DNA of 64,000 nt, taken from NCBI GenBank assembly GCA_040954595.2, contig CM082593.2, forward strand, positions 528,759 to 592,758, written 5' to 3'. The position numbers and the translations under genes were made by a program. Source of the stretch: Balanoglossus misakiensis. Its lineage: Eukaryota; Animalia; Hemichordata. The notes beneath the pieces are model-generated. The model was given only the letters and a program-made list of their open reading frames with translations, searched no databases and was not told the origin of the DNA. This document shows positions 61,819-64,000 of this stretch, one piece after another; the first letter of the stretch is position 1, and every line of letters starts with the position of its first letter.

Positions 61819-63865
61819 CACAGTGAAAGAACATTGTCAAAGGAGAGACTTTGGTTTAGAGCAGCTACAGCACAAACAGTTACCAGCTGCAAGTGTTAAT
61901 GTTTATTCCGGAGCACGCTATATCATTTCTGACTATCCAAGTGTGCAATAGTGTTTCATCTATTGGATCATTTTTCCTATTTACCTATTCCATGATGCAT
62001 TCAGAAAGTTATTTTATCAAATGATCATAGGTTTTTAAAGTAATTTTATAACATGTATTCAGTGCTGCGCACAAAATGTATTTTTGAAGTCATTTTGACT
62101 TTAGAAACTTATAAGGTTTTGTATTATCTAAGATTTGAATGGACCAACAAGTGTGCTCAATTTATTTGGTGTATGTTAAGAGAGAATGTCATGATAGAAT
62201 GCAACATTCCGTTTGTTTTCATGTGTCAATGAATTTTTTAACAGGAGACTAAAAACCGATTCTCAAAGAGCGCCCTCACACAACGAGTCACAAAATGTAA
62301 ACGTTTCGATGTACATGATATTACAGAGACATGTGGGTGGAACTTTAGTTTCCTAATAAAAAGTTTGAGGTGACAACTCATTTAATTTATGATGTTATTT
62401 TTTACTATTGCTAAGTAAGGTAAAGGTTACTTCAATACGTGATATTGAAAACGTGTGTTCAGGTTGTAAATCAAACGAACTGTTTGAAAAACGAGATGCA
62501 AACACCAAATGTCAAATCAAACAAAGCGAGTTATCATATCGTAAGGTACATCGACTGATTAGCTGCACGAATAGCATGTAAAGTTGTTTTCCTGTTTGGA
62601 GTTGTCCAGTACAGGTGATTATAAATCAGTCAGAAACTAACTTAATTGCACCAAGCATGATCCGTCCGTCCATCCCCACACACACATAGAGAGAGAGCCA
62701 ACAGAGACACAGACGTGCACACTAAAAGACACACCCAAACATGTTAAATAGAGAAGCAATAAAATGAGAAAAATAGGATATGTTAACAAGGGAAACGGCC
62801 ATCAAGAAAAAACATCACAATATATTTCCCCAATACCTGTCACTTGTCAAATACTCTGACGCCTTTGGCAAATATCGATTTTACTGTACATCAACCATCA
62901 TTTTTCATATGTCTAAACGTCAAGTTATGACACCTGGTCTCTTCTGACTTGTAACTGGATTTAGAGTGAGGGTTGAATTCGTTCAGAGTTATTTCGCATA
63001 TGCCGTTAGCCATGGGTTTTTTTCTGTCTGTGTGGGTTTACAGGTGTAACATTTGCCGACCGTACGTAAGCCTTCCCCCTAACGGAACAATTGCAATATT
63101 TTCGTTTCTACTGAGAGAACGAAACTTCGACCACCTGTTGCTGTCACTTCCATCGCATTTTAAGCTCATGAAAACGACACCATCACAGCTATACTGACCC
63201 GGCCCACATAGTCTGCGATTGCTACAAAGCTTGTTCGCGTGTCGGTCAGCAACCTGTTTTGTTATCAGAATATCAGGTCCCAGCTTGCAGCTACTGTATA
63301 AGAGAGACACCTTTGTCGCAAGGTTATTCTGTTATCAGATATAAGCTTCTCTCAGACTTATGTAATCAAAAAGATCAACAAGGGATCCTGCGTTTTGAAC
63401 ATTAGACACATGAAAGTGACACCGAAATGTGGTTTGCTTTCTGTCTGTCTGCCCTCACACTTCCCCGGCTGTCGTGTTTAATTGGCAAAAAATAACATGT
63501 TATAGCGAATGGAAGCTCTAAAATAATAAATAAGGAACTTTTAGCTGGGAATGACTGTAATCTTTGTTCAAATTTACACATTACTGTGCTTGTAGACACG
63601 CATGCGCAAGTGGTACAGTTTATGTTTGTTTTGCTGTGTGACATATATCAGTATTTTGGTAATTTTGGATAGCGTCGTTACTAACAGTCAGAGTAGCACT
63701 GGACGAACATTTCACCGCCTCATTCTTGGATTCTGCTCGACAAATTCACGTGGTATGGTGTATGTCTGTCAGTAAGACACCAAACCGCGCACTTTAGTGT
63801 CCCATAAGGTAAGTACTCTGAGTTTTTTTTCTGTTTTAAGTCTAGCAACTGCAGAAGCGTGTTTG

Positions 63866-63875
63866 GTCACGTGAC
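63866..63875. promoter_or_regulatory. Perfect CLEAR/MiT-TFE E-box GTCACGTGAC, probably near the 5' end of the next gene
   Basis: Exact 10-bp palindrome. A strong donor AAG|gtaagt at ~63808 and another CACGTG at ~63747 suggest a non-coding first exon of a gene running out of the window. Confidence 0.35.
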
Positions 63876-64000
63876 ACCATCGTTAACTTCTCCACATTTC
63901 TGAGGATTGCATGACGGTAGAACCCAGGAAAGATAATGGAATCGAACAACTTTTTTTCTTAAATATCGCCGAAAAAATTAAAAGATGGTATGGATAAGCT

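Noticed and set aside
63008-63175. Short matches to the satellite (ccatgggtt, agctcatgaaaa) near the window end
   Set aside because: Only 9-12 nt, far apart and not in monomer spacing; compatible with chance.

Overview
Animal (non-vertebrate, probably invertebrate deuterostome such as an acorn worm; this is inference) genomic window. Bases 1-~15,255 are a highly homogeneous array of about 173 copies of an 88-bp satellite, ending in ~1.6 inverted, diverged monomers. Immediately after it is a compact, intron-rich gene block: two tandem gamma-glutamyl transpeptidase paralogs (+), an anthrax-toxin-receptor (ANTXR) homolog (+), GFPT (-), NFU1 (-), C10orf53/UPF0728 (+), OGDH (-) and an SLC15A4-like lysosomal peptide transporter (+). 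Most notable: (i) the dominant satellite monomer carries a perfect three-unit heat-shock element; (ii) the order ANTXR-GFPT-NFU1-C10orf53-OGDH joins two neighbourhoods that lie on different human chromosomes; (iii) both GGTs, like the SLC15A4, carry acidic dileucine lysosomal sorting motifs, and one has a substituted glutamate-binding residue; (iv) the OGDH intron after the Ca2+-site exon holds several candidate micro/cassette exons. Exon boundaries were read by eye and may be off by a few bases.
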